A stretch of DNA of 64,000 bases from Squalus acanthias (GCA_030390025.1 JASTWF010000121.1:558001-622000), one strand, 5' to 3'. Numbered from the stretch's first letter, positions 23,330 through 37,320 are shown. Numbers and translations: made by a program. The notes: generated by a model not told the origin, from the letters alone.

Positions 23330-24760
23330 ATAAAGCGGCAGGATGTGAAGTAAAGTGGTCTGGGCGATGGATTAGCTGGGGGCAAGAAGCTGAGCTCAGG
23401 TCGAGTAATTCCCCAAAGTTCGACATCTCTGGGCTTAGCCTGAGGGGGTGTCTGGGGAGGTTCGAGGCGTGTAGGGGTTTGCTGAGCTGAAGAGGAAGTG
23501 TTGTCTTCGCCGAGTCCTAATGTTGGACAGGCATTTGGAGAGAATGGAACAGCCTTGGAATCAATGGAGGAGGTGGAGAGGCAGAGCCGAGTGTTGCTGT
23601 CGATGTCAATGTTGACCCTGCTTCTGGATGATGTTACTGAGGGTGAAATGATGAAGAGGAGGAACCCAAGGATGGTGCCCTGGGGCACAGCAGAGATGGT
23701 CATTCAGACATCGGAGGAGACACCACTGGTGGTGATATAAAGCTAATGGTGTGACCAGCAACAACAACAACTTGTATTTATATAGCGCCTTTAATGTAGT
23801 AAAATGTCCCAAGGGGCTTCACGGGAGCGTTATTAAACACAATTTGACACCGAGCCACATAAGGAGATATTAGGACAGATGACGAGGTAGATTTTAAGGA
23901 ACGTTTTAAAGGAGGAAAGAGAGGTAGAGAGGCGGAGAGGTTTAGGGAGGGAGTTACAGAGCTTAGTGTCTGGGCAGCTGAAGGCACGGCTGCCAATGAT
24001 TGAGCGATTCAAATTGGGGAAGATCAAGAGACCAGAATTGGAGGAGCGCAGATATCTTGGGGGGGTGGGGAGTGTTGTGGGGCTGGAGGAGATTACAGAG
24101 ATAGGGAGGGGGCGAGGCCATGGAGGGATTTGAAAACAAGGATGAGAATTTTAAAGTCGAGGCATTGCTTCACCGGGAGTCAATGTAGGTCAGCGAGCAC
24201 AGGGGTGATGGGTGAACGGGACTTGGTGCGAGTTAGGACACGGACAGCAGAGTTTTTGATGACCTCAAGTTTACAGAGGGTAGAACGTGGGAGGCTGCGC
24301 CGGAGTGCGTTGGAATAGTCAAGTCTCGAGGTAACAAAGGCATGAATGAGGGTTTCAACAGCAGATGAGCTGAGGCAGGGGCGGAGTCGGACGATGTTAC
24401 AGAAGTGGAAATGGGCGGTCTTAGTGATGTCACGGATATGTGGTCGGAAGCTCATCACGGGGCCAAATATGACACCAAGGTTGCGAACAGTCTGGTTCAG
24501 CCTCAGACAGTTGCCAGGGAGACGGATGGAGTCGGTGACTAGGGAACGGTGATTGTGGCCGGGAATGAAGACAACGGCTTCAGTCTTCCCAATATTTAGT
24601 TGGTGTAATTTTTTCTCATCCAGAACTGGATGTTGGACAAGCAGTCTGAGAGTTTAGATACAGTGGAGGGGTTGAGAGAGGTGGTGGTGAGGTAGAGCTG
24701 GGTATCGTCAGCTTATATGTGGAAACTGACGCTGTGTTTTCAGATGATGTCGCCAATGGA
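23330..24760 (-). mobile_element. L2-clade LINE fragments (3' end at ~23760)
   Basis: FRPHIRDITKTAHFHFCNIVRLRPCLSSSAVETLIHAFVTSRLDYSNAL; aaaggcgctatataaatacaag(ttg)n tail. Confidence 0.85.
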
Positions 24761-24819
24761 GCAGGAGTGGAACCATGAGAGACCAGTGCCACGGAGGTGG
24801 ACTATTGAACAGAGACTTT

Positions 24820-26060
24820 TAAGAACATAAGAACATAAGAAATAGGAGCTGGAGTCGGCCAATTGGCCCCTCGATCCTGCTCCGCCATTCAATAAGATCA
24901 TGGCTGATCTAGTCTTGGCCTCAACTCCACTTTCCCTGCCCGCTCCCCATAACCCTTGACTCCCTTTTCGTTCAAAAATCTGTCTATCTCCACCTTAAAT
25001 AGATTCAATGACCCAGCCTCCACAGGTCTCTGGGAAAGAGAATTCCAAAGATTCACAACCCTCTGAGAGAAGAAATTCCTCCTCATCTCCGTTTTAAATG
25101 GGCAACCACTTATTCTGAAACTATGTCCCCTAGTTCTAGATCCCCCCTTGAGGGGAAACATACTCTCTGCATCTACCCTGTCAAGCCCCCTCAGAATCTT
25201 ATATGTTTCAATAAGATCACCTCTCATTCTTCTGAACTGCAATGAGTACAGGCCCAACCTGCTCAAACTTTCTTCATAAGTCAACCCCTTCATCTCAGAA
25301 ATCAACCTAGTGAACCTTCTCTGAACTGCCTCCAATTGAATATATCCCTCCTTAAATAAGGAGACCAAAACTGTACGCAGTACTCCAGGTGTGGTCTCAC
25401 CAACGCCCCGTACAGTTGTAACAAGACTTCCCTACTTTTATACTTCATCCCCCTGCAATAAAGGACAACATTCCATTTGCCTTCCTAATTACTTGCTGTA
25501 CCTGCATGCCAAATTTTTGTGTTTCATGTACAAGGACCCCTAGATCCCTCTGTACTGCAGCATTTTGAAGTCTCTCTCCATTTAAATAATAATTTGCATT
25601 TTTATTTTTCCTACCAAAGTGGATAACCTCACATTTGCCACATTATACTCCATCTGCCAGATTTTTGGCCACTCATTTAACATTTCTATATCCCTTTGGA
25701 GATTCTTTGTGTCTCTCCATAACTTGCTTTCCCACCTACCTTAGTATCATCTGCAAATTCGGCTTCATTGTACTCGGTCCCTTCATCCAAGTCATTAATA
25801 TAGATTGTAAACAGCTGAGGCCCCAGCACTGATCCCTGTGGCACCCCACTAGTTACAGTTTGCCAACCTGAAAATGACCCATTTATCCCGACTCTATGTT
25901 TCCTGTTAGTTAGCCAATCCTCTATCCATGCTAATATATTGCCCCCAACCCATGAGCTCTTATCTTGTGCAGTAACCTTTTATGTGGCACATTATTGAAT
26001 GCCTTCTGGAAATCCAAATACACTACATCTACTGGTTCCCCTTTATCCACCCTGCTCGTT
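24820..26060 (-). mobile_element. 5'-truncated CR1
   Basis: [12 protein letters not shown]...RRMRGDLIETYKIL; (TTCTTATG)n tail at 24820-24845. Confidence 0.9.
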
Positions 26061-26061
26061 A

Positions 26062-29000
26062 TGTGAGTGTGAGTGTGAGTGTAGTCAGTGGGTGTGAGTG
26101 TGAGTGTAGTCAGTGAGTGTGAGTGTGAGTGTGAGTGTAGTCAGTGAGTGTGAGTGTGAGTGTAGTCAGTGAGTGTGAGTGTGAGTGTGAGTGTAGTCAG
26201 TGAGTGTGAGTGNNNNNNNNNNNNNNNNNNNNNNNNNNNNNNNNNNNNNNNNNNNNNNNNNNNNNNNNNNNNNNNNNNNNNNNNNNNNNNNNNNNNNNNN
26301 NNNNNNNNNNNNNNNNNNNNNNNNNNNNNNNNNNNNNNNNNNNNNNNNNNNNNNNNNNNNNNNAGTGTGAGTGTAGTCAGTGAGTGTGAGTGTGAGTGCG
26401 AGTGTAGTCAGTGAGTGTGAGTGTGAGTGTAGTCAGTGGGTGTGAGTGTGAGTGTAGTCAGTGAGTGTGAGTGTGAGTGTGAGTGTAGTCAGTGAGTGTG
26501 AGTGTGAGTTTAGTCAGTGAGTGTGAGTGTGAGTGTAGTCAGTGAGTGTGAGTGTGAGTTTAGTCAGTGAGTGTGAGTGTGAGTGTGAGTGTAGTCAGTG
26601 AGTGTGAGTGTGAGTGTAGTCAGTGAGTGTGAGTGTGAGTGTGAGTGTAGTCAGTGAGTGTGAGTGTGAGTGTGAGTGTGAGTGTAGTCAGTGGGTGTGA
26701 GTGTGAGTGTGAGTGTAGTCAGTGAGTGTGAGTGTGAGTGTAGTCAGTGAGTGTGAGTGNNNNNNNNNNNNNNNNNNNNNNNNNNNNNNNNNNNNNNNNN
26801 NNNNNNNNNNNNNNNNNNNNNNNNNNNNNNNNNNNNNNNNNNNNNNNNNNNNNNNNNNNNNNNNNNNNNNNNNNNNNNNNNNNNNNNNNNNNNNNNNNNN
26901 NNNNNNNNNNNNNNNNNNNNNNNNNNNNAGTGNNNNNNNNNNNNNNNNNNNNNNNNNNNNNNNNNNNNNNNNNNNNNNNNNNNNNNNNNNNNNNNNNNNN
27001 NNNNNNNNNNNNNNNNNNNNNNNNNNNNNNNNNNNNNNNNNNNNNNNNNNNNNNNNNNNNNNNNNNNNNNNNNNNNNNNNNNNNNNNNNNNNNNNNNNNN
27101 NNNNNNNNNNNNNNNNNNNNNNNNNNNNNNNNNNNNNNNNNNNNNNNNNNNAGTGTGAGTGTAGTCAGTGAGTGTGAGTGTGAGTGCGAGTGTAGTCAGT
27201 GAGTGTGAGTGTGAGTGTGAGTGTAGTCAGTGAGTGTGAGTGTGAGTGTGAGTGTAGTCAGTGAGTGTGAGTGTGAGTGTGAGTGTAGTCAGTGAGTGTG
27301 AGTGTGAGTTTAGTCAGTGAGTGTGAGTGTGAGTGTAGTCAGTGAGTGTGAGTGTGAGTTTAGTCAGTGAGTGTGAGTGTGAGTGTGAGTGTAGTCAGTG
27401 AGTGTGAGTGTGAGTGTAGTCAGTGAGTGTGAGTGNNNNNNNNNNNNNNNNNNNNNNNNNNNNNNNNNNNNNNNNNNNNNNNNNNNNNNNNNNNNNNNNN
27501 NNNNNNNNNNNNNNNNNNNNNNNNNNNNNNNNNNNNNNNNNNNNNNNNNNNNNNNNNNNNNNNNNNNNNNNNNNNNNNNNNNNNNNNNNNNNNNNNNNNN
27601 NNNNNNNNNNNNNNNNNNNNNNNNNNNNNNNNNNNNNNNNNNNNNNNNNNNNAGTGTGAGTGTAGTCAGTGGGTGTGAGTGTGAGTGTGAGTGTAGTCAG
27701 TGAGTGTGAGTGTGAGTGTGAGTGTAGTCAGTGAGTGTGAGTGTGAGTGTAGTCAGTGGGTGTGAGTGTGAGTGTGAGTGTAGTCAGTGAGTGTGAGTGT
27801 GAGTGTAGTCAGTGAGTGTGAGTGTGAGTGTGAGTGTAGTCAGTGAGTGTGAGTGTGAGTGTGAGTGTAGTCAGTGAGTGTGAGTGTGAGTGTAGTCAGT
27901 GAGTGTGAGTGTGAGTGTGAGTGTAGTCAGTGAGTGTGAGTGTGAGTGTGAGTGTAGTCAGTGAGTGTGAGTGTGAGTGTGAGTGTAGTCAGTGAGTGTG
28001 AGTGTGAGTGTAGTCAGTGAGTGTGAGTGTGAGTGTAGTCAGTGAGTGTGAGTGNNNNNNNNNNNNNNNNNNNNNNNNNNNNNNNNNNNNNNNNNNNNNN
28101 NNNNNNNNNNNNNNNNNNNNNNNNNNNNNNNNNNNNNNNNNNNNNNNNNNNNNNNNNNNNNNNNNNNNNNNNNNNNNNNNNNNNNNNNNNNNNNNNNNNN
28201 NNNNNNNNNNNNNNNNNNNNNNNNNNNNNNAGTGTGAGTGTAGTCAGTGAGTGTGAGTGTGAGTGTGAGTGTAGTCAGTGAGTGTGAGTGTGAGTGTAGT
28301 CAGTGAGTGTGAGTGNNNNNNNNNNNNNNNNNNNNNNNNNNNNNNNNNNNNNNNNNNNNNNNNNNNNNNNNNNNNNNNNNNNNNNNNNNNNNNNNNNNNN
28401 NNNNNNNNNNNNNNNNNNNNNNNNNNNNNNNNNNNNNNNNNNNNNNNNNNNNNNNNNNNNNNNNNNNNNNNNNNNNNNNNNNNNNNNNNNNAGTGTGAGT
28501 GTAGTCAGTGAGTGTGAGTGTGAGTGTAGTCAGTGAGTGTGAGTGTGAGTGTAGTCAGTGAGTGTGAGTGTGAGTGTAGTCAGTGAGTGTGAGTGNNNNN
28601 NNNNNNNNNNNNNNNNNNNNNNNNNNNNNNNNNNNNNNNNNNNNNNNNNNNNNNNNNNNNNNNNNNNNNNNNNNNNNNNNNNNNNNNNNNNNNNNNNNNN
28701 NNNNNNNNNNNNNNNNNNNNNNNNNNNNNNNNNNNNNNNNNNNNNNNNNNNNNNNNNNNNNNNNNNNNNNNNNNNNNNNNNNNNNNNNNNNNNNNNNNNN
28801 NNNNNNNNNNNNNGTGAGTGTGAGTGTAGTCAGTGAGTGTGAGTGNNNNNNNNNNNNNNNNNNNNNNNNNNNNNNNNNNNNNNNNNNNNNNNNNNNNNNN
28901 NNNNNNNNNNNNNNNNNNNNNNNNNNNNNNNNNNNNNNNNNNNNNNNNNNNNNNNNNNNNNNNNNNNNNNNNNNNNNNNNNNNNNNNNNNNNNNNNNNNN

Positions 29001-31159
29001 NNNNNNNNNNNNNNNNNNNNNAGTGNNNNNNNNNNNNNNNNNNNNNNNNNNNNNNNNNNNNNNNNNNNNNNNNNNNNNNNNNNNNNNNNNNNNNNNNNNN
29101 NNNNNNNNNNNNNNNNNNNNNNNNNNNNNNNNNNNNNNNNNNNNNNNNNNNNNNNNNNNNNNNNNNNNNNNNNNNNNNNNNNNNNNNNNNNNNNNNNNNN
29201 NNNNNNNAGTGTGAGTGTAGTCAGTGAGTGTGAGTGTGAGTGTGAGTGTAGTCAGTGAGTGTGAGTGTGAGTGTAGTCAGTGAGTGTGAGTGTGAGTGTG
29301 AGTGTAGTCAGTGAGTGTGAGTGTGAGTGTAGTCAGTAAGTGTGAGTGTGAGTGTGAGTGTAGTCAGTGAGTGTGAGTGTGAGTGTAGTAGTCAGTGAGT
29401 GTGAGTGTGAGTGTAGTCAGTGAGTGTGAGTGTGAGTGTACTCAGTGAGTGTGAGTGTGAGTGTGAGTGTAGTCAGTGAGTGTGAGTGTGAGTGTGAGTG
29501 TGAGTGTAGTCAGTGAGTGTGAGTGTGAGTGTAGTCAGTGGATGTGAGTGTGAGTGTGAGTGTCATCAGTGAGTGTGAGTGTGAGTGTAGTCAGTGAGTG
29601 TGAGTGTGAGTGTAGTCAGTGAGTGTGAGTGTGAGTGTAGTCAGTGAGTGTGAGTGTGAGTGTGAGTGTAGTCAGTGAGTGTGAGTGTGAGTGTGAGTGT
29701 AGTCAGTGAGTGTGAGTGTGAGTGTAGTCAGTGAGTGTGAGTGTGAGTGTAGTCAGTGAGTGTGAGTGNNNNNNNNNNNNNNNNNNNNNNNNNNNNNNNN
29801 NNNNNNNNNNNNNNNNNNNNNNNNNNNNNNNNNNNNNNNNNNNNNNNNNNNNNNNNNNNNNNNNNNNNNNNNNNNNNNNNNNNNNNNNNNNNNNNNNNNN
29901 NNNNNNNNNNNNNNNNNNNNNNNNNNNNNNNNNNNNNNNNNNNNAGTGTGAGTGTAGTCAGTGAGTGTGAGTGTGAGTGTGAGTGTAGTCAGTGAGTGTG
30001 AGTGTGAGTGTGAGTGTAGTCAGTGAGTGTGAGTGTGAGTGTAGTCAGTGAGTGTGTGTGTGAGTGTGAGTGTGGTCAGTGGGTGTGAGTGTGAGTGTGA
30101 GTGTGTGTGTAGTCAGTGGGTGTGAGTGTGAGTGTAGTCAGTGAGTGTGAGTGTGAGTGTGAGTGTAGTCAGTGAGTGTGAGTGTGAGTGTGAGTGTAGT
30201 CAGTGGGTGTGAGTGTGAGTGTAGTCAGTGAGTGTGAGTGTGAGTGTGAGTGTGAGTGTAGTCAGTGAGTGTGAGTGTGAGTGTGAGTGTAGTCAGTGAG
30301 TGTGAGTGNNNNNNNNNNNNNNNNNNNNNNNNNNNNNNNNNNNNNNNNNNNNNNNNNNNNNNNNNNNNNNNNNNNNNNNNNNNNNNNNNNNNNNNNNNNN
30401 NNNNNNNNNNNNNNNNNNNNNNNNNNNNNNNNNNNNNNNNNNNNNNNNNNNNNNNNNNNNNNNNNNNNNNNNNNNNNNNNNNNNNNNNNNNNNNNNAGTG
30501 TGAGTGTAGTCAGTGAGTGTGAGTGTGAGTGTAGTCAGTGAGTGTGAGTGTGAGTGTAGTCAGTGGGTGTGAGTGTGAGTGTGAGTGTGGTCAGTGGGTG
30601 TGAGTGTGAGTGTGAGTGTGTGTGTAGTCAGTGAGTGTGAGTGTGAGTGTAGTCAGTGAGTGTGAGTGTGAGTGTAGTCAGTGAGTGTGAGTGTGAGTGT
30701 GAGTGTGTGTGTAGTCAGTGAGTGTGAGTGTGAGTGTAGTCAGTGAGTGTGAGTGTGAGTGTAGTCAGTGAGTGTGAGTGTGAGTGTAGTCAGTTGGTGT
30801 GAGTGTGAGTGTAGTCAGTGGGTGTGAGTGTGAGTGTGAGTGTGGTCAGTGGGTGTGAGTGTGAGTGTGAGTGTGTGTGTAGTCAGTGAGTGTGAGTGTG
30901 AGTGTAGTCAGTGAGTGTGAGTGTGAGTGTAGTCAGTGAGTGTGAGTGTGAGTGTGAGTGTGTGTGTAGTCAGTGAGTGTGAGTGTGAGTGTAGTCAGTG
31001 AGTGTGAGTGTGAGTGTAGTCAGTGAGTGTGAGTGTGAGTGTAGTCAGTTGGTGTGAGTGTGAGTGTCTATGTGAGTGTGAGTATGAGTGTAGTCATTGG
31101 GTGTGAGTGTGTTTGTGTGTGTAGTGTGTTAGTGTGAGTGTGAGTGTGAGTGTGAGTGT
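26062..31159. repeat. (GAGTGT)n-AGTCAGT compound microsatellite/minisatellite with many N gaps
   Basis: Direct reading; a degenerate continuation lies at 36277-36570. Confidence 0.97.
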
Positions 31160-33268
31160 ATTCAGGCTGCTGTGTGAGGCAAGGGAGGAGATTGCAGGGT
31201 CCCTGACACAAGTTATCAGAACCACTCTGGCCACAGGGGAGGAGCCAGAGGACTGGAGAACAGCTAACATAGAACCATTATTCAAGAAGGGCAGAAGAAT
31301 AAAACAGGGAATTACAGACCAGTGAGCCTAATATCAGTGGTAGGGAAAGTATTGGAAAAAATTCTGAGGGACAGAATAAGTCTCCACTTGGAGAGGCAAG
31401 GATTAATCAAGCATCGTAAGCATGGCTTTGACAGGTGGAGATCATGTCTAACCAATTTGATTGAATTTTTCGAGGGGGTGACTAGGTATGTGGAAGCGGG
31501 TAGTGCAGTTGATGTAGTCTACATGGACTTCAGTAAGGCTTTTGACAAAGTCCCGCATGGGAGACTGGTCAAGAAAATAAGAGCCCATGGGATCCAGGGC
31601 AATTTGGTACATTGGATCCAAAATTGGCTTAGTGGCAGGAGGCAGAGGGTGATGGTCGAAGATTGTTTTTGTGACTGAAAGCCTGTGTCCAGTGGTGTAC
31701 CGCAGGGATCGGTGTTGGGTCGTTTGCTGTTTGTAGTGTACATTAATGATTTAGATATGAATGTCGGAGGTATGATCAGTAAGTCCGCAGATGACACAAA
31801 AATTGGTGGAGTGGTAAATAGCGAGGAGGGAAGCCTCAGGCTACAGGACGATATAGATGGATTGGTTAGATGGGCAGAACAGTGGCAAATGGAATTTAAC
31901 CCTGAAATGTGTGAGGTGATGCATTTTGGAGGACTAACAAGGCAAGGGAATATACAATGAATGGTAGGACCCTAGGAAGGACAGAGGATCAGAGGGACCT
32001 TGGTGTGCATGTACATAGATCCCTGAAGGCAGCAGGACAGGTAGATAAGGTGGTTAAAAAGGCATATGGGATACTTGCCTTCATTAGCCGAGGCATAGAA
32101 TATAAGAGCAGGGAGGTTATGATGGAGCTGTACAAAACGCTGGTTAGGCCACAGCTGGAATATTGTGTGCAGTTCTGGTCACCACACTATAGGAAGGATG
32201 CGATTGCATTGGAGAGGGTGCAGAGGAAATTCACCAGGATGTTACCTGGGCTGGAGCGCTTCAGCTATGAAGAGAGACTGGACAGGCTGGGGTTGTTTTC
32301 CTTAGAGCAGAGAAGGCTGAGGGGGGACCTGATTGAGGTGTACAAAATTATGAGAGGCATAGATAGGGTAGATAGAAAGGAACTTTTCCCCTTAGTAGAG
32401 GGGTCAATAACCAGGGGCCACAGAAACATAGAAGATAGGAGCAGGAGTAGGCCATTCGGCCCCTCAAGCTTGCTCCGACATTCAATGTGATCATGGCTGA
32501 TCTTCCAAATTCAATCCCCTGTCCTTGCTTTCTCCCCATATCCCTTGATCCCTTTAGCCTTAAGAAATATATCTAACTCCTTCTTGAATATATTTAATGA
32601 ATTGGACTCAACTGTCTTCTGTGGTAGAGAATTCCACAGGTTCACCACTCTCTGGGTGAAGAAATTCCTCCTCATCTCAGTCCTAAATGGCTTACCCCTT
32701 ATCCTTAGACTGTGTCCTCTGGTTCTGGACTCCCCCGCCATCGGGAACATCCTTCCTGCATCTAGTCTGTCTAGCCTTGTTAGAATTTCATAAGTTTCAA
32801 TGAGATCCCCTCTCATTCTTCTAAACTCTAGCGAATGCAAGCCCAATCAACCCAATCTCTCTTCATACATCATTCCTGCCATCCCAGGTATCAGTCTGGT
32901 CAATCTTCGCTGCACTCCCTCCATGGCAAGAACATCCTTCCTCAGATAAGGCGACAAAAACTGCACACAATACTCAAGGCGTGGACTCACCAAGGCCCTG
33001 TACAACTGCAGCAAGACATCCTTGCTCCTGTACTCGAATCCTCTCGCTATGAAGGCCAACATACCATTTGCCTTCTTAACCTTCTGCTGCACCTGCATGC
33101 TTACCTTCAGCGACTGGTGCACAAGAACACCCAGGTCTCGTTGCACTTCCCCTTTTCCAAATCTATTGCCGTTCAGATAATAATCTGCCTTCCTGTTTTT
33201 TCCACCGAAGTGGATAACCTCGCATTTATCCACATTATACTGCATCTGCCATGCATCTGCCCAATCAC

Positions 33269-35038
33269 TGTAGGGGGTGGTATGTGGGGTGAGCCTTCAC
33301 CTCTGAATCAGTGAGCGGTTTGAATCGCTCCCACACCCTTGGTTCTAGACTTTGGACTTATTTAGGGGATGTGAACAAAGATGCAGGAGACAACAAGATC
33401 TGATGAAAGAATTTTGACTTTATTAAAAGAAAATGGTAACAAACTTAAAACACACTTAATACTTAAACACAGGTTGGGGAACAAACAGTACAGGTGAGGG
33501 AGAATGACAAAATACAAAAAAAACCTTATCCCTCCCAAAAATCCCACTATCTAGCTAGGTTTTGGTTTCAGGAGATCAGGGATAATGCTCACCAAACGAA
33601 TCCTTGACAGTTGAGAGTTAGGGTTTAGAGCCTTTTGAGCAAAAGGTTTCATAAGGCCCTTGTTGCCGCGAGGTGTCCGATGGTCACTGAGGCAGTCGCT
33701 CTGGTTTCTTCTTGCGTGTTGGTCTGCTTGTGAAGTTGTTGGCCTTCTTTCCTCCTCCTGCTCGTGGCTTGTGGTGTCTTGCTGGAACAGAGCTGAGAGA
33801 GAGCTGTGCGAGCGTTGAGAGCGTTGTCAGAGAGTCCAGAGAGAGAGAGAGAGACTGTCTTGGGGGCTAAGGCCCCCAATTATACTATTCAGCCTCTTTG
33901 TCCTTTTCGCGCCCAAAACCCCTTACTAAATCGTTTTCCTTTAGATTTCAAATGAGCCCTGTATATTCCATTGTCTTAGTTTTGGTGGGCTTGTTAGTTT
34001 TGATGGCTTTAACTTGATGTTAAACATGTCCTGATGGCTTCTGATGTTTCCATTTGGGCAGTGCCTTTATCTGCGCGCCAAATCTTGTCTCTATTGTCCT
34101 AAGTTTTTGGCGGGTTTGTAAATCTGTCCCTTTGGATACCTGGTTGATTTGTTTTTGATGAAGTAATCGTGGTACTAATTGTTTTATTGATTTCAGGCTT
34201 CTGGTATCCTGTTTGGGCCTGGGAATTTCAAAAGAGCTCTTGGATTATTTATATTTCGATGTGTGTGTGAAGCTTTGGGTTTTTCTCTTCCTCCTTGGTA
34301 GGAATGCAGTGTAAACAAATTCCCAGACAGCTTGATTGGGCCCCAATACCCCAGCTGTCCACTGCCTGGCCACGCCCCTCCGCAGCCTGTCTGTGTCTGT
34401 GAAAGGTGTCTTTCCCAACAGTAAGATTCAAAGGTCATTTTCCTCAGGGATTTTCTTCCCTGATCTTTAAAATGTCCAAAACTGAGGTTTTTACCTCTTA
34501 TCACTTCACTTAGGTCCCATCCTCCCAAGTTTGTATGAAAGGTCCAAAAATCACTCCCTTTACACGGGCAACACGGTGGCATAGTGGTTAGCACTGGTGC
34601 CTCACAGCGCCAGAGACCCGGGTTCGAATCTGACCTCGGGTGACTGTCTGTGTGGAGTTTGCACATTCTCCCCGTGTCTGCGTGGGTTTCCTCCGGGTGC
34701 TCCGGTTTCCTCCCACAGTCCAAAAATGTGTGGGTTAGGTTGATTTGGCTATGATAAATTGACCCTTAGTGTTAGGGGGGATTAAATATGTGGGGTTATG
34801 GGGATAGGATGGGATATGTTAGGGGGAATTAAATACGTGGGGTTACGGGGGTAGGGTGGGATATGTGTACTGTGGGGATTAAAGCAGGGACAGGGTACTG
34901 GATTTGGATGATCAGCCATGATCGTATTGAATGGCGGAGCAGGCTCGACGGGCCGAATGGCCTACTCCTGCTCCTAGATTCTATGTTTCTATGTTTACTG
35001 TTCTGTTCGAGTTTCTGGGGGATTTTGCGAAGCCTACA
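33269..35038 (-). mobile_element. Putative solo LTR (~1.34 kb without its SINE insert)
   Basis: TGTAGG...CCTACA inverted termini; 4-bp TSD TCAC at 33265-68 and 35039-42; AATAAA on the - strand near 33420; no coding capacity. Confidence 0.8.
34564..34993 (+). mobile_element. HE1-like V-SINE (tRNA head, V-domain core, CR1-type tail)
   Basis: ggcaacacggtggcatagtggttagcact...gtggagtttgcacattctccccgtgtctgcgtgggtttcctccgggtgctccggtttcctcccacagtccaaa; TTTAC TSD; twin copy at 51497-51938. Confidence 0.88.
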
Positions 35039-37052
35039 TCACCCAAACTGTCCAAATCATACTGGAGTTTCTCTGCATCCTCCTCACAGCACACACGCCC
35101 ACCCAGCTTTGTGTCGTCTGCAAACTTGGAGATATTACATCTAGTTCCCTCGTCTAGATCATTAATATCTATTGTGAATAACTGGGGTCCTAGCACTGAT
35201 CCCTGCGGTACCCCACTAGTCACCGCCTGCCACTCAGAAAAAGATTTGTTTATTCCAACTCTTTGCTTCCTTTCTGCCAACCAGTTTTCTATCCAAGATA
35301 ATACCTTACCCCCAATCCCATGTGCTTTAACTTTGCACATTAATCTCTTATGCGGGACCTTATCGAAAGCCTTTTGAAAGTCCAAATACACCACATCCAC
35401 TGGTTCTCCCTTATCTATTTTACCAGTTACATCCTCAAAAATTTCCAGTAGATTAGTCAAGCATGATTTACCTTTTGTAAATCCATGTTGACTTTGTCCG
35501 ATCCTGTCACTGTTTTCCAAGTGCTCAGCTATTACATCTTTTGTAATGGATTCTAGCATTTTCCCCACTACCGATGTCAGGCTTACCGGTCTATAATTCC
35601 CTATTTTCTCTCTACCTCCTTTTTTAAACAGTGGGGTTACATTAGCTACCCTCCAATCCATGGGAACTGTTCCAGAATCTATAGAATTTTGGAAGATGAC
35701 CAGCAATGCATCTACTATTTCTAGGGCCACTTCCTTAAGTACCCTAGGATGTAGATTATCAGGCCCTGGGGATTTATCGGCCTTCAATCCCGTCAATTTC
35801 CCCAACACCATTTCCCTACAAATACTGATTTCATTCAGTTCATCCCTCTCATTAGAACCTACGTTCCCCGACATCTCTGGGAGGTTATTTGTGTCCTCCT
35901 TTGTGAAGACAGAGCCAAAAATTATGAGGGGCATAGATAGGGTAGATAGAAAGGAACTTTTCCCCTTAGTAGAGGGGTCAATAACCAGGGGGCATAGTTT
36001 CAAGATGAGGGGCAGGAGGTTTAGAGGGGCTTTGAGGAAAACTTTTTCACCCAGAGGATGGTTGGAATCTGGAACTCACTGCCTGAAAGGGTGGTAGAGG
36101 CAGGAACCCTCACAACATTCAGGAAGCATTTAGATGAGCATTTGAAACACCATAGCATACAAGACTATGGACCAAGTGCTGGAAAATGGGATTAGAATAG
36201 ACAGGGCTTGATGGCCGGCGCAGACACGATGGGCCGAAGGGCCTGTTTCCGTGCTGTATAACTCTATGTCTCTATGAGTGTGAGTGTGTGTGTTTGTGAG
36301 TGAGTGTAGTCAGTGGGTGTAAGTGTGTGTGTGATTGTAGTCAATGAGTGTGAGTGTGTGAGTGTTTGTGAGTGAGTGTAGTCAGTGGATGTAAGTGTGT
36401 GTGTGAGTGTGTGTGTGGAGTCAGTGGGTGTGAGTGCTTGAGTGTGTATGTATAGACAGTGGGTGTGAGTGTGTGTGTGAGAGTAGTCAGTGTGTGTGAG
36501 TGTGTGTGTGGAGTCAGTGGGTGTGAGTGTGTGAGTGTAGTCAGTGGGTGTGAGTGTAGTCAGTGGGTGGGGGAGCAGTAATTAATTGTGGATGTTTGAG
36601 TTTCATGACGGCTCATGGGGAAAAAGCTGGGTTGTGGGATCAAGGTGGGATTTGGAGATGAGCAATATGTCACCACTTTGGTGATTTGGGCAAGGGAAGA
36701 TGCCAGCCAATATGTCCTGGGTCAGAGGAGGATGCCAGGATCAGGTGGGGACAGGCTGGTTGGGAGCTGGCGTAACACGTGTGGGTGCGAGAAACTGGGG
36801 ATTGGGGTCTCTGAGTGGCTCCTAAGCACAGGGGGTGTATAGGGCCAGTTAGTAATCAGGTGGTACCTGGTGCCAGTGAATACTCGGGGGCACTATGTAC
36901 TTGGCAGCAGAATGAGTAGTGAAGACTCAGGGTCAGGGAAAGGTGAGCATTGAGAGGAAAGCAGTGAGCACGGACAGGGTGGGGAGGGGATTAGGGAGAT
37001 TCAGGGAACATGCTGCGGGACTTGAGCAATGAGCAGAGCACCAGAGGTGGCT

Positions 37053-37320
37053 GGTATCAGGGAGGAGGGAAAGGGTGAAGTGTGGGGCTTGGGGACACTA
37101 GTGGGGACAGGGAGCAGGCAAAGCCTGAGGCTGGGGGCTGGTATCAGGGAGGAGGGAGAGGGTGAAGTGTGGGGCTTGGGGACACTAGTGGGGACAGGGA
37201 GCAGGCAAAGCCTGAGGCTGGGGGCTGGTATCAGGGAGGAGGGAGAGGGTGAAGTGTGGGGCTTGGGGACCCTAGTGGGGACAGGGAGCAGGCAAAGCCT
37301 GAGGCTGGGGGCTGTAATCA
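37053..37320. repeat. 87-bp G-rich direct repeat, 3 copies
   Basis: Unit ggtatcagggaggaggga...gaggctgggggct recurs at 87-bp spacing. Confidence 0.9.

Larger units (their letters stand above)
32421..35917 (-). mobile_element. CR1 (-), same subfamily as copy A, itself split by a solo LTR
   Basis: The - strand ORFs at 32511-33245 and 34981-36003 are near-identical in protein to 18600-22147. Sequence rejoins across catctgcccaaTCAC|TCACccaaactgtcc. Confidence 0.9.
31160..36275 (+). mobile_element. CR1 (+) inside the GAGTGT array, interrupted at 32421-35917 by nested elements
   Basis: RT ORF fragments at 31134-32490; the 3' end resumes at 35918 and runs to an actctatgtctctatg tail. Confidence 0.9.

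Noticed and set aside
26169-30541. ORFs in the GAGTGT region
   Set aside because: Artefacts of simple repeats and N gaps; true length and content of this region are unknown.
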